From: Octopus sinensis
Lineage: Eukaryota
Direction of reading: 5' to 3'
Assembly (NCBI RefSeq): GCF_006345805.1
Contig: NC_043015.1
Coordinates: 7,564,001-7,628,000 of the forward strand
Length of the DNA stretch: 64,000 bases
The position numbers and the translations under genes are program-made. The stretch's first letter is position 1, and each line of letters starts with the position of its first letter. The notes under the pieces are model-generated. The model ran no database searches. It was not told the DNA's origin and saw only the letters and a program-made list of their open reading frames with translations. Positions 1 to 13,128 of this stretch are shown piece by piece.

Positions 1-79
1 GCTAAGTGACATAATCACACCAGCATCGGTTGTCACACAATGCTAAGGGGACAAACACAAACATACACACACACACACA

Positions 80-122
<43 letters not shown>

Positions 123-296
123 CATATATACTACGGGCTTCTTTCATTTTCCATCTACCAAATCCACTCACAAGGCTTTGGTCGGCCCGAGGCTATAGTA
201 GAATACACTTGCCCAAGATGCCACGCAGTGGGACTGAAAATGGAACCATGTGGTTGGTAAACAAGCTACTTACCACGCAGCTACTCCTGCGCCTAT
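1..296 (-). mobile_element. tRNA-derived SINE, family A (octopus-type), 3' part cut by window start
   Basis: Minus strand begins ATAGGCGCAGGAGTAGCTGCGTGGTAAG (A-box-like), followed by a decayed B box, then TCTTGGGCAAGTG (CORE/V-like), GGATTTGGTAGATGGAAA and an internal (TA)n(TG)n. Colinear with the copy at 31262-31673. Confidence 0.85.
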
Positions 297-977
297 TAGT
301 TTCTTGGAGTTTCTTGCACTTTATTCATTTATTTATTTTCTTAGCCATTTATATTTTAGCCACTTATTTATTTAGTTGCTGCTAGTCTCTTATTATTTGT
401 GTCAGCGTTTTTCACAATATATTAGATCTTTGATGATCTGTGATACTGAATGTGTCTCTTACTTCTCAAGGCAATCCCATATAAAGAAGACATAATTAAC
501 AACTAATAAATACCTTGAGAATGAAATTGAAAAAAAAATGTAAAATTAAAAAGTTTAAAAACCTGTCTAAAAGTCAGACATTTTGTCTCCCCCGCGGTAA
601 TGGCAGAGACAACCAAAACATAAGAGCATTTTTTAAATTTAATTTAATTATTTTGTTTTTCCAAATATTTCGAAGAGAAAAAGTTTTCTACACATGAATC
701 GTGGAATTCGAAAACACTGTGAAGGAAGCGAAACATGTAAGATAACCGAAGCAAACAGTAGTCAGGCTAATATTATTAGGAACGGAAAAAATAATAACCA
801 TTGCTACAAACTGATAAGAAACTAACCCTTCATTTTAGGATAAACAGAATTTGGAAACAAAAAAAAAAAAAAACAAAAAAAAAAACTAGGTAACAAGCCT
901 AATGCCGTATTGTATATTGCCCTATACTTCCTCTCTCGGACAACAGTAACAACAACCACACCGATAATAAGAGTAAA

Positions 978-978
978 T

Positions 979-1009
<31 letters not shown>

Positions 1010-1030
1010 TAATAATAATAATAATAATAA
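978..1030. repeat. (AAT)n microsatellite
   Basis: Direct reading; produces the poly-Ile and poly-Tyr ORFs. Confidence 0.95.
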
Positions 1031-1496
1031 ACAATTAGTGAAACAAAGATACGCGTTATATTACTACGGTAGGCCTGCTCAATAATTCTAATTATATAAC
1101 ATGATATCAATAGATAGATATCTGGCGCCAGATATAATTTATGTCTATACCCCATTGGTTGAATCCAACTCCTCTGTACTTATGCATGTCCTGTGTATAT
1201 GTGTACATATGTGTGTATATGTGCAAGTATTGTTTATAGAAATATCTGTATTCTTCTATTCTCTCATATCGTCTTATCAATGGAACCGTCCAAAAAGAAA
1301 AACAAAAAAAGAAATGAGAAAGAAAAAGTAAAAAAAAAAAAGAATTGTATTGTTCTTGGCTTAAGAAACCTCTACAGAGAGGTCATTGATTGCTTCTCTT
1401 GCGATCGTTAAATTAACCAAGGATCTGCATTCTTGCCAAATATCACTTCTATGCACTCTCTAAAGGATAACCAGTAATAAATTATTAGCCTACTTC

Positions 1497-1890
1497 TACA
1501 TCATCGACATTATCATCACCATAATCAGCATGACCATCATCCTCATCATCATCACGACTACCTGCACGATGACTATCACCACTACATCCACCACCGTTAT
1601 CATCATTATCCTCGCTGTCAACACTACAACTTACTTTTGCCATTCCACGGCCACCATCGTATCCACCATTATCATCTTCGATATCACCGCCACACCCATT
1701 CCATTTTGCAAATATCGACATATCTATCTTCGTTTCTTTCTTTTTGTTCTTCGTCTTGCTCTTCAACATCACCATCCTCCTTTTCCCCAATCTCCTTTCC
1801 CATCATTCCCATCATCGTATCCATCATCATCGACGTCTTTGTCTCCTTCACCGCCGTCATGGTCGTCCAAATTATCATCATAGCGTCATA
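1497..1890. repeat. Degenerate (ATC/ACC) trinucleotide low-complexity tract
   Basis: Recurrent catcat/caccac/tcatca triplets; ORFs are open on both strands with biased composition. Confidence 0.8.
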
Positions 1891-1959
1891 ATTCCTTTAT
1901 TTCTTTCATCATTAAACTGCGGATATTCTGGGACATCGCCTTAAATTTTTCAACGAACG

Positions 1960-2400
1960 AATGGACCCCAGTACATGTTCTGAAAACCTGATACTCATTC
2001 TATTGGACGCTTCTTCCAAAACGCCATGTCACGAGTACATAACCATATCAACGCCGGTGACGATTAAAAAAGGATCTAAGAACTCTAACACACTATTCAG
2101 TTCTAGAACGGACATTTTCAGCAGCTAAATCCCGTTGACGAACGGGAAAATACCATCCTCTCCGGATTGAGCAGCTGTACATCAGACTCCCGGCCACAAA
2201 CATTCTAGCAATATATTTTACGGTTAAAGCGGAAATAAATCTGATTCACCCCATTCTTTTTCGTTTTCCAGTTTTTCATCCTTCCACCTATTGGAACAAC
2301 TCCTTTCTCGCCTTTTCTCGCATTGCATCACTTTTTCCCTCATTCTATCATCCTATTTTTAGCTTGTTATGCCTTGTGGGCAGTGCCTGGAGATTACTGT
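1960..2400 (+). mobile_element. Possible highly decayed LINE 3' end (CR1/Jockey group)
   Basis: Frame-broken peptides YW-DASSKT, YQRR*RL and FHPSTYWNNS weakly resemble the post-RT region (YCSHIW, IQRRA, FFPRT..LWNSLP). The segment ends with CCTTGTGGGCAGT, also present in the family B SINE tail. Confidence 0.3.
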
Positions 2401-2847
2401 GAGAAACCACACTCGTTAAAAAATTACTGTCTCGAACGCTTTTGTTGCATGAAACTAACATAAAAACATATTGTGCTTATTAAAAAAATATTTATCACTC
2501 CCTCTCTCTCTATGTATGTATGTATATATATATATATATACATACATAGAATTTTCAATTTAATTGGAGGTTACGTTATTATCTGGGTCCCTCAACAGGT
2601 CCCTAACGTCGAAATTGCAAAAGGGAATTAACCAGTTATTTACAAGTTGTAGATTCTATTTCTCATGTCACCCGCAGACAGATTTTATAGTGAAGAGAAT
2701 TAATATGAGTCATTTAAATGGCTTTACAGCGGATTTGACTGCTATTTCTAAACATGTAAGGGTTTTGAAACCCTCTTATTATTGTGACTTGTTCATAATT
2801 ATAACCATTCTTCGTCTATGTATTTTATGATAGCATTAATTTTTAAC

Positions 2848-2878
<31 letters not shown>

Positions 2879-2885
2879 TATATAT

Positions 2886-3012
2886 ACGATGGGCTCGTTT
2901 CGGTTTCAAATAAGGACGCTTTTGGGACCGCGGCTACAGTGCCTCCCTGTGAGACGGAAGCTGGAGGCATGTGGTTGGGAAGCGAACTCCTTACCACACA
3001 GCCTCGCTGCGC
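2886..3012 (-). mobile_element. Family A SINE head, degraded
   Basis: ggcatgtggttgggaagcgaactccttaccacacagcctcgctgcgc aligns with 245-296. Confidence 0.65.
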
Positions 3013-3223
3013 TCTATCAACGCTACAACTAACAGTTGCAGATTCTTTGACACAACATTTACATGCCAGAAGGCTACGATTGTACATTTTTTATGATGCC
3101 TATTGCAGTATTCTATGTCACACGTTGAACAGATAGAGAAGATATAAGTCTTGCTCGTGAGCTGGTACAAAAGGAATGGACTGATGTTGAGAAATAATTT
3201 GAGATGATACATATATTTTCATA

Positions 3224-3326
3224 GAATAAATCCTGGGATCGATTTGTTCAACTACGGGCGGTGCTCCAACATAGCCACAGTCAAATGACTGAAACAAGTA
3301 AAATATTTAAAGAGTAAAAGAGTAAA
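3224..3326 (+). mobile_element. Family A SINE 3' tail
   Basis: GGCGGTGCTCCAACATAGCCACAGTCAAATGACTGAAACAAGTAAAA...GAGTAAAAGAGTAAA matches the reverse complement of 31262-31330. Confidence 0.8.
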
Positions 3327-6300
3327 TCTGAATATTATTTCCTTCTTATTAGCTTATCTTGAATTTGAGTGAAGTATGTTTCTTCACCTTCTAGTTGTGT
3401 AGTCCATTCATTTAATAGGAATTATTTTGCCTCTCGTGAGAAGACTTATACATTATTGTATGTGTACCTGTACTTGTATCTGTATTTGTATACGTGTGAG
3501 CTCCCCTACGCATGATTATACGTCTTTATCGATACATCATCCAGTTTCCATATTTTACCTCCTATCTTCCACCGCAAACATCTCAACTAAAACCCATTTC
3601 AACTGTTTCTTCGAGATCTCCCACTTTTCCGTCTTTTTGTCTGTCGCTGTGTACATCTTGCCTACCGTTTGCCATAGTATACACCATCATAATTACCACA
3701 GACAAATATTTTTTTTTTCGATAACTTCTTACTAGTAAATCATATTTTACGTGTATTGTATGCCTTTTTGCGAATACAATTTATTTAATTCTATTTTTAC
3801 ATATTTGTCTTTGGAAATATTTTAAAACTTCTCCACTAAAATTTCTTTTTGCGCATTCTTTATTTGCTTTGCTTCTAAATCTTTATGAATATGATATCTT
3901 GAAGCCACGTCACATTGAATGTTAACATCCTTAGAATAAGATTGTCAACATCTCTCCATATTTTCTCGTTCTTTTTTAATACTGTTCTACTCATCAATCA
4001 TTAGAAATAAATATTAGCTACATGATAACTGTCAGAGCTGTAGAGCAAAATGGATTGTTACGTCAAAATGTTACAACAGCAATGTTATAATATCCAGTCT
4101 GATCAATTTTGAATTGCTAACGCAAAATATGGTTTAGTGTTAGCAATGGAAAGTAAAGCGATGTTTTAGAAGTAACTGTACAGAAAGTACTATATTATCA
4201 AAGCAGCTATTGCACTGCGGTTAATATATTGTATTGATTTTTATAAGGAAAGAATCTGCTATGATTATGCCACTTGAAGGGTTTGTGACACTGAAAGATC
4301 TACGCAATTAAATGCATAACACGTATATAGGAGTAGTACTCTGGTAGTGAACTTCCACTTGTTTTTGTTTTAAGATTGGGGGAACCAAAGTCTTTTCAGA
4401 TCCTAAAGATGAGTTCCAGTCTTTGTGACACGGTCTCTGCTCTGTTGGAAATGTGTATTTCTATGACAGTTCATCAGTCATAGGGAAGCATATTATTTGT
4501 GATACCCAGCGGTAGTTAAGGCGAACTTATAATATTTAGAGAGAATTATACTGAATTAAACAACCATATATTTTCCTCGCTTACACTCATTCTACAAAGC
4601 CATACTATTTCCGATGAAATTTTAGTTTGCCTTGATTTCAAATCTCACTTCAAGATATTATTGTTAGTGTTGCTGTCCCACCTCTTATTAATCCTTGACA
4701 AAAATGCCTGTGTAACCACCCCACCCCAAGTACTTTCTTTCGTTATTATCCTTTCATTTTATATATAGTGCATTTCGAACTCAGCATGCAATAAGTCCCT
4801 CTTGAATCAAGTCGAAGGAGAAGATAGAGGTACAATATCTTGTAGGAAAGATGATTCTACTTTGATGTAAAAAAATATGATCTCACTTCCCACAATATAC
4901 TACAGTATATTAAGATAATAACAGTTCCCCATTCCTAAAGATAAGTCGCATTTTAGGTGATAAATCAGTAAGAATACATACAAACATTTCATTTGGAAAA
5001 GTATTTTATGTGTTTTCCTCTTCCTCTCTCTATACTTATATGTTCAATTTTCAAAATATTTTCAAACACTACATTTCTCTATATTACATTTATTCTTGTC
5101 AAGATCTTTAATTGTATATACTAATGGCTAATGAGTCAGACCATTTAAACGATCGACTTTTGGCAAAATTCATAATGACAGCTGCATCTGTCTAATATTC
5201 ACACGAGATCAAACAATGTTTAGAATATATTTCGTATATCGATTTGTTTCATATTGGTGCGAAGCCATACATTTATAGACAAACGATAGAGTTAATTAAA
5301 TCGATCTCATTATATGACTGCTATATAAATTATCTTAAGTAGAAGAAGATGAACACAGAATATAGAAAGAGAAGGTATTTCGTATCCATCATTTAATCAC
5401 ATCATAATATATTTTGAAGCGATCTCAAGTGGAAGGCTATGTGATTATTGTAAAAGGAGTCAAATTTCTCAAGTAGCACCTTAGGGAATTAAACTTGTAC
5501 ATGATTATTACGAATGGAGCACTATAATAAGGTGTTATGAGTCACAAGTATTTCGGTAGTAAGCAACAATAATAGCAGTAACAACAGCAGAAACATCTGC
5601 GGATTTGGAATAATGATTTTAGCTTCGAATTGGAAGTAATCTGAGCACAACTAAAAAGTTATTTCAAAGAAAAGCTGTGCCAGCTGATACAATTCTGTTC
5701 TGAGGTCTGTGTTAAATATTTAATTTTTATTTTATTTTGCAAGTATTATAATGATTTCTGATGTAGACATACGAATGAACATTTGGAGTTGGCAGAAGTT
5801 GATCAGGTAGCTTTGAGTACTTGACTGATTGTCTTTTGTTATGTGTATGTGTGTGGGTCATCCGTTGAAGGAAATTTAAGGCAATTCAATCTTCGATTTG
5901 CACCCAGAAAGTATAAAGCAATAACTAAATTCAGCAAAACGCTTTTTCGGAGGTCTAACTTTTCCGACTTGTAAATATATTAACGATTTCTCTGTCAGAT
6001 AGTCTCTAAAATTTTGTAATGTAGGAAATCAGAGTGGATATGAACTAGGAAGTTTATCATGTATACATTGAATATGTTCTTGTTGATAATTACATTAATA
6101 CACTTAGCTTGGAAATAAACATTTTCTTCGCCCAAACACAGTCAAGTTATATGTTCAAATCAAATAACACACCTAATAACGAAAGAAAACTAAACCCGTG
6201 GGAACGCAATGTTTAAATAAGTTTACGTTAAAAACTGAGTTAGTATCCTAAAAAACAATTTAATCAAAGGAAGAGGATATAATTTCAACAGGTAATTGAA

Positions 6301-7291
6301 AATGGTTCTTAGATTTTAAATATTACAAGCTGACTGTAAAGTAATCTATACACTTTAATGTTAGAAAAAAAGAAAGAAAGAATAAAAAAGAAAACAGCTA
6401 AACGGAAATATTGCAGCGTATTTTACAGACATTATAATTAACTCTGGCTGGGAATGGAAATTGGTTCACTGAGTGAAACTATTACTGAGATAACTCATTA
6501 CGTATAACAATTTATATTTAATATTTCTATATTAGAGAAAAAGCGAAATTAAGAAATTTATAAATTTTCCAATCACCGAAGCAGAGGAAGTGAAGAGAAA
6601 TTCCATCAGCATAGATTTGATACGGTTATTCAGTCAACGTAGGTTTCGAAAAATTTCTTGCTGTCCCATGGGGCTATAACAATTATATCATATAAGACTA
6701 ATTAAAATTACAATAATACGAATTCAGTAGCATCATATCCAGATAAACACTTTTTAGCCTAGTACAAATGTTGGGAAAGTAAACATTTTATCTAAGATTA
6801 TAGCAGATAGTAACGTTTGCCTGCAGCGAAGAGCTATTTATTTTTCAGAATCATAATGATCTTTGAACCAAATTATGGCGTTTCTCGACTTTGAATGTTG
6901 TATTCAGACATTCCAAAATCAACATATTGAATATAAAATACATAAGAATGTGTAAACTTCAGCAAAATATAATGACCGAAGCAGGGGAAACACTTTTTAT
7001 ATTTCCCCAAGACATTATTGTATTGGTTTATTGATATATTTTATTTAGTCTATATCGCCATTGGTGAATAATGGCGTCGGCTGTAAGAGTAAATATTTCG
7101 ATGTAATGTTGACGCTACGAGAGAGCGAGAGAGAAAGGTGTAGCTGAAAGAGAAGAAAAATGATAAGGAAATATCACCGAATCTTGAGGCGCGTGATTAG
7201 ACTTTATTAACCTAATTTACAATTATATTGAACATCACCAGATAAAATTTATGCAGCGTTTTTTGCTAGATGGTGCAATATATTATAGCAC

Positions 7292-7330
<39 letters not shown>

Positions 7331-7789
7331 TCGCCATATATATATAATATGAGGTACAGTAGAGGGTAATGTAAATCAGTGTCGAAACATGACGTGATAT
7401 GAAGTACCTTCAACGACCAATATGAGTCACTGTGTGTTCACACGCACTGCTAGTAGCAACAGACAAACCACACACAGTACATCAGTACCGTTGTACATCA
7501 CGGTCATAATGTATTCTGTGGTACGATGCTCCTCAAGGATAAATGAAAATACTTGGTTGAAATTATACTTTTGGTCGAACAGGGCTGTGAATGCTATAAA
7601 GAATTGTAACTTTTGGCGTGAAATAATGCTCTATCATAAGAAAACTGAAATTCAACCTGCTAAATTGTTACTTTATAAAAAGAAAAGTAAAGACCCCCTT
7701 AGGTCCCAAATACCGATGGGATGGCGCTGAGAATGTTTCTCTCCGCGAAACAAGTCTGAGCAAACGTTTTTGTGGAAAAGCAGCAGTCG

Positions 7790-8007
7790 CCCATCAATAG
7801 CCGTCTCATCTCTCTGCGCCACCGTTGTTGCCTAAGGGCAAAGCAAAGGCTGATACAGCTTGGAACCTCTGACGTCCTAACTCATATCTACAGCTGAGTG
7901 AACTGGAGCAACGTCAAATAAAGTGACTTGCTGAAGATCACAACTCCCAGCTCGGTCCGAGAATGAAACTCACAACCTCATGTTTGTAAGCCTGACGCTC
8001 TGACCAC
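7790..8007 (-). mobile_element. tRNA-derived SINE, family C
   Basis: Minus-strand head GTGGTCAGAGCGTCAGG...GAGTTTCATTCTCGGACCG, then AGCAAGTCACTTTATTTGACGTTGCTCCAGTTCACTCAGCTG. Homologous to 16376-16712 and 27320-27607. Confidence 0.75.
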
Positions 8008-8054
8008 GTGTCTTCTGTTAGTTTATATTACTAATAATATTATTGATTCTGTTC

Positions 8055-8150
8055 TGAGGACGTCTTTGCCTTACATCCTCTCGGAGTCAGTAAAATATGT
8101 CCCCACTCTAAATTTACTGTCCTTGTGACGAAATGTGAAACCAATATTAT
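8055..8150 (+). mobile_element. Family B SINE fragment, degraded
   Basis: GAGGACGTCTTTGCCTTACATCCTCTCGGAGTCAGTAAAAT resembles the central domain GAGGTCGACTTTGCCTTTCATCCTTTCGGGGTCGATTAAAT. Confidence 0.5.
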
Positions 8151-8870
8151 AGAATCTGTTGTACTCTTCAAAACGTACAATTAGTTAATATTTTACAGAA
8201 GAGTAATGTCTTCTGACAGTTGTATTTTTCCTTCTTGATAAGTGGCAGTATTCTAGAAGTGAATTCATTCTAGAGGACAGACAATCTGGGGACACTATCA
8301 GTATACTGTGACATTCTTCAGAATCAATGTAAAATTATTATTTATTATGGAATGCAAAGTTCTTCCTTTAAACGATTTGATATAGGATAATTACATATTT
8401 AATAAATGTAATTATATATGTAGTCCCTGTGTATAATAACGCATAGATACATGCACCTTAGCCGCAGTTTTTAGTGTATCGGGTATTAAAGGTATTGTAC
8501 TACTGCATTCTGTCTGTCAGATACATAGTACACCCCCCACATATATATATATATATATATAGATACACATATATAATATATATCTATCTATATAACAATC
8601 TACCTATCTAGGTAACAATCTTTCTATCTATATATCTATCTAACAATCAATCAATCTATCTATCTCTCTGGAGATATATAGAAAAAAAAAAGAGAGACAG
8701 AGATAGAAAGACATCTTGCTGAATGGAAACAAGTATAGCGATACTTTGAGTTATCCATTAAATTTTGCTTACTATGAATGTGTAATTGTGTTTGTCGGTG
8801 CGTGTGAGTTTGTGTAGGTATGTATTTATGTATTCCAGTATAAAATGATAAGCATATATCTTTATATACA

Positions 8871-8927
<57 letters not shown>

Positions 8928-9427
8928 CAAAATTATCTACATGAATATGTACACACACATATATATATATAACTGATAGCAACAGAAGCAGTATTAACAG
9001 CAAAGGTAGCATTTATCTCTCACTTAAAGTGGATGGTGTGCTATAACACAAAATATTAGTTATTTACCATGAGAGGAACTCATGTCAACTCACGGTGCAT
9101 AAAAGCAGCCGTCTTTATATTGGCTGACAGGCGTCAACCGTTCACCACAGCCGTCGGAAGAACCACGACATGTGATTTCACACTTTATTGGGCTTGACGA
9201 TGACAGACGACCAGCGAAGAGATAAACATGAGTAGTGGCTATTATCATGGATTTAGCGCGTGTGAATATATTTCGTTAACCGGGGTGGTACGCAAAGTGA
9301 TAGAACATAAATGACCTCCTCTATCTTATGTGTATCGACTTTTTCCAGGAATTTAAAAATAGCTGATTTAGTTTGTAATTACATGTACATATAAGTATGA
9401 CTGCGTCTTACTGTGTATATGTATGTA

Positions 9428-9475
<48 letters not shown>

Positions 9476-9519
9476 TATATGCACACGCACATATATGTAC
9501 GTACTCACAAAACACATAA

Positions 9520-9897
9520 TCTCTCTCTATATAAACGGCAGTTGTCTGTGCGTGTTTCTGTGTGTCTGTTTTCTCGTACCCTCACTCTGACCACGGCTTT
9601 CAACCGATTCTGATGAAACTTGACACACACATAGCCAATGTCATAATTCAAAACTAACGCAGCGAAATTTTGAAAAGTTCCCCCAGTTCTGAAAAAATCG
9701 ATAAATTCGACATGGGGTCGAGAATCAAAAAAAATAAACCACAGACTGTCTAGGGACGCAACTCAAACTTTTTTACTCTCAAAAAAAAATTTACCATCAT
9801 TTTTTTCCATTTTTTTGCTATTTTTGGCTATAACTCTCTAAAAATGCTTTATAGTTATTTCCCTTACAAACCTGAGCAACGCGGGCGATACTGCTAG
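9520..9897 (+). mobile_element. Non-autonomous Helitron-like element
   Basis: Inserted between A and T; 5' TC(TCTCTCTATATAAA), a TGTC-type microsatellite near the 5' end, and a 3' CCTGAGCAACGCGGG hairpin followed by CGATACTGCTAG. The 3' ~110 bp are shared with 38071-38373. Confidence 0.8.
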
Positions 9898-10364
9898 TTT
9901 AAGATATACGCTATATAGCTGGACACATACACACAGTTGTGTAAGCACATGTTATTTCGCCTCAAAATATTTGATTGATACATACATGTATCTAATATAC
10001 AGCAGTTGATCTCATTACCATGTTACACGTAATTGGGAGACTTCCAAACTATTTTAACGGATCAGAGATATTTACAGTAATATAATGAAATATCGATCGG
10101 ACTTGCTTAAGTTCATATTTCATCGTCGAAATTATTCTCTCAATTGCCACATCATTCTATTAGAACAGAGCTTTTATCACCCAGTACACATTCACCATCT
10201 CACGATTAACACACACTTCTAAATTTACAAATGAAGCACAGCCTTCCCTAACTTAATTACTATTGCATATAATAAACCGAAATATAAAATAATATAAAGT
10301 TATACAGCTATGTTGATTGGACTGCGTATAACGAAACAATGAATCTAACGGCTCTTAGAACTTT

Positions 10365-10480
10365 TACCTCATATACTCTCTTAGTCTTTTACTGGTTTCA
10401 GTCATAAGGATGCGACCAAAGTATAGCAACCACTTTAAGGGTTTACTCGTTCAAATCAATACCGGTATGTAATATTCGAA
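10365..10480 (-). mobile_element. Family A SINE 3' tail, degraded
   Basis: ctctcttagtcttttactggtttcagtcataaggatgcgacc aligns with 31270-31320. Confidence 0.55.
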
Positions 10481-10580
10481 GCCTGTTGTTACTCAAATGA
10501 GTGTAGGACATTTACGCCACCATGGGCAATAACTCCACAAGGACAATAGATGATGATTTAAAACTTTTTAATATATTACA

Positions 10581-10655
10581 GAGGGGTTATTTAGGCAGGG
10601 TGGGTGGGTGTGGGTAATTTCCTAGGGGATAGATGTCTTCGGGGGTAATTGTCCT
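10581..10655 (+). repeat. G-rich patch with a G3 quadruplex motif and three GGTAATT(T/G)(C/T)CCT units
   Basis: GGGTGGGTGGGTGTGGG at 10598-10614; repeated gggtaatttcct, gggtaattgtcct and ggtaatttcct. Confidence 0.75.
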
Positions 10656-11115
10656 CGGGGAGGTGGTAATTTCCTGATACGACTCAATATCTCTGTGTGT
10701 AACTTCAAATATAGAGGGGCACAAAGACACAACGCCTGTTGTCGAGCGGCGAAAGATATACGAGTCTAGGACATTAACCCCTCCCCTCATAGACAATAAC
10801 CCACAGGACATGCATGCACTACCCTTACATACATAGGTGTGTATGTATGTGTGTGTGTGTGTGTTGTGGCCCTCAGCAAAGTATTTATACAACAATTTTG
10901 CTGATAATTCATTGGTCTACTCGGAGCTGATATGGAGAAAATTGGTCAAGTTGACTTATTAGGTATGTTTTCCTTCATACGCATCTAAATTCATTTAGTT
11001 TGCGCAAAAAAAGTTGTATCACTGGTTACAATTTTCCAAGGATAAACCACTATTTTACATAATGCTTTCGATGGAATGTTTGACAAGAGATTGCATCCAT
11101 CTATTCCTCCATACA

Positions 11116-11230
11116 TTCATCCAGCCAGCCAGCCATGCGTCCGCCTATCTATCTATCTATCTATCTATCTCCCATCTGTATATCTATCTATCTCTCATCT
11201 GTCTATCTATCTATCTATCTATCTATCTAA
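11116..11230. repeat. (CCAG)n/(CTAT)n tetranucleotide microsatellite
   Basis: Direct reading. Confidence 0.9.
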
Positions 11231-11384
11231 TATTTAGTTATCTTGTACTAGACATAAACCAAAGTCTGTGAAATGATTGGTTCATTTATAGACCGAAATA
11301 GTAGAGATCATGCACTAGACGTTTATATGCACCAGCCTGTAGAATTCTTTTGCTACAGAAGCTGAACGGGAGATAGTAAGAATT

Positions 11385-12800
11385 GATCACATTAAAATCG
11401 AACGAAATAATGTAATGCTAACAATAGATGATGTACACACAAACTCAGCTGCTGGACCTGCTGGATTCCCGTCAATCCTCAAATTATGCAAGCGAGACCT
11501 TGCAAAACCATTGTAGCTACTTTTAAAGAGCATCCTCGCAAATGGTAAGCTCCCGGAAAAATGAAAGGAATGAATAATATACACTATCCACAAAGGAGGA
11601 AGCAGAGCCGATGCTACAAACTATATGTCTCTCTATCTATCTGACCTCACTCATCAGCAATGTCATGGAACAAATAGGCCGAAGGTAATTAATTGTATTC
11701 CTTGAAGAGAATGACTTGCTAATTGACACTCAGCATGGTTTTCGACCTGGTAGAAGTTATCTGACACAGCTCTTGCATTATTATGACTAGGTGCTAAAGC
11801 TGCTGCTCAACAACTCAAATATGGACGTGACATAACTCGACTTTGCAAAAATCCGTGAAAAATTCGACCATGGCCTGATTTCTCACAGGCTTAGAAATCT
11901 TAGCATATTTGGAAAACTTGGAGATTGGCTATATGACTATATGATTGGCTATATGAGATAGAAGTCAGGTAGTGGTGGTCAATGAAGACACCGCCAAGAA
12001 AACACAGATGAGTGGTGCTTCTCAGGGCAGGTTTCCTGGGGTCACTGTTATTCATGGTGGCCTTATATGAGATGGCCCCAGATGCTCAACTACTTACCAT
12101 TTCTAGCTATGTAGATATAAATGTCTCTCAGAGGATACAGAACCCTGGAGACTATGTGCATCTGCAACGTGAGTTATACGCAATATACAAGTGAACTGTG
12201 GAAAATAAAATGCACTTTAATGCTGGAATATTCCAAGCCATGCACTACCAACACAGGAAGCTCAATGGAAAGCAGATAGGATACACTGGCCCAGGAAGGA
12301 TTACAGTACCTGAATTAAAACCAGTGCGTGACCTGGGCATTTAGATGAATAATGATGCATCTCTATAGGTGCACATTATCAAGTTGGCGATAAAATGCAG
12401 ACGTCTAGAAGGGTGGATCCTTCAAACTTTCAAAACAGAAGAACGGATACCATGAGGAGGACTTTCTTTCGCAGCCGTCTGGATTACTGCTCCCAAATGT
12501 GGCCACCAAACTGTAAAATTAATGACGAAATTCGAGGCAATCCGCTGCGAGGTACTGAAAGAGTTAATTTCTACTCCCTGGAGCGAAGGTAGGTAAGATA
12601 CGCAATAATATACATCAGGAAAATCCTACAAATACTTGTTCTAAACTTTGGAATTGTCACTTACACAAACAGCAGGACGGGGCGCCACTACAAGATACCA
12701 AAGGTCCCAACATTGCCATCACAGTACAGGATTAGATACTACAACAGCCCACCGCTCTTCAATATCTTCCCACAAAGCCTGATAAATCTGTTGATATGTT
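11385..12800 (+). mobile_element. Decayed non-LTR retrotransposon ORF2 (reverse transcriptase), CR1/Jockey group
   Basis: Frame-broken motifs in the expected order: SAAGPAGFP, IHKGGSR, LEENDLLIDTQHGFRPGRS (11731-11757), LDFAK (11836-11850), SYVD (decayed YADD), VRDLGI, RLDYCSQMW, FYSLERR. Many stops and frameshifts. Confidence 0.9.
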
Positions 12801-13128
12801 TGCTAGAAGGATACAGATGTATCATCTACATGAAAGTAAACGGCCATTACTTATTTATGTTCAATACAATCTAAGTGAATATCTTTCAATGTTGATAGTA
12901 CAATTTTGGCAGCATTCTTCAACCCAGTCGATGATGCGTATTTCTGCTATTATATATACATACATACATACAGACATCAAATTTAAAGGTTGGCTTATTA
13001 GCAATGAGAACCTACAGGCAAAATTAATAGAGATCACAAAAGTATGGTGCTTTAGTTGGTTTGGAGTTCATTGAACTCTAATCTTAGCATAAGCGGTGCT
13101 ACTCAGTACCCTCCGTCACTTTTGTGAC

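Noticed and set aside
7265-7277. CTCF-like motif GCTAGATGGTGCA
   Set aside because: Only a partial match, lacking the upstream CC; too common to call.
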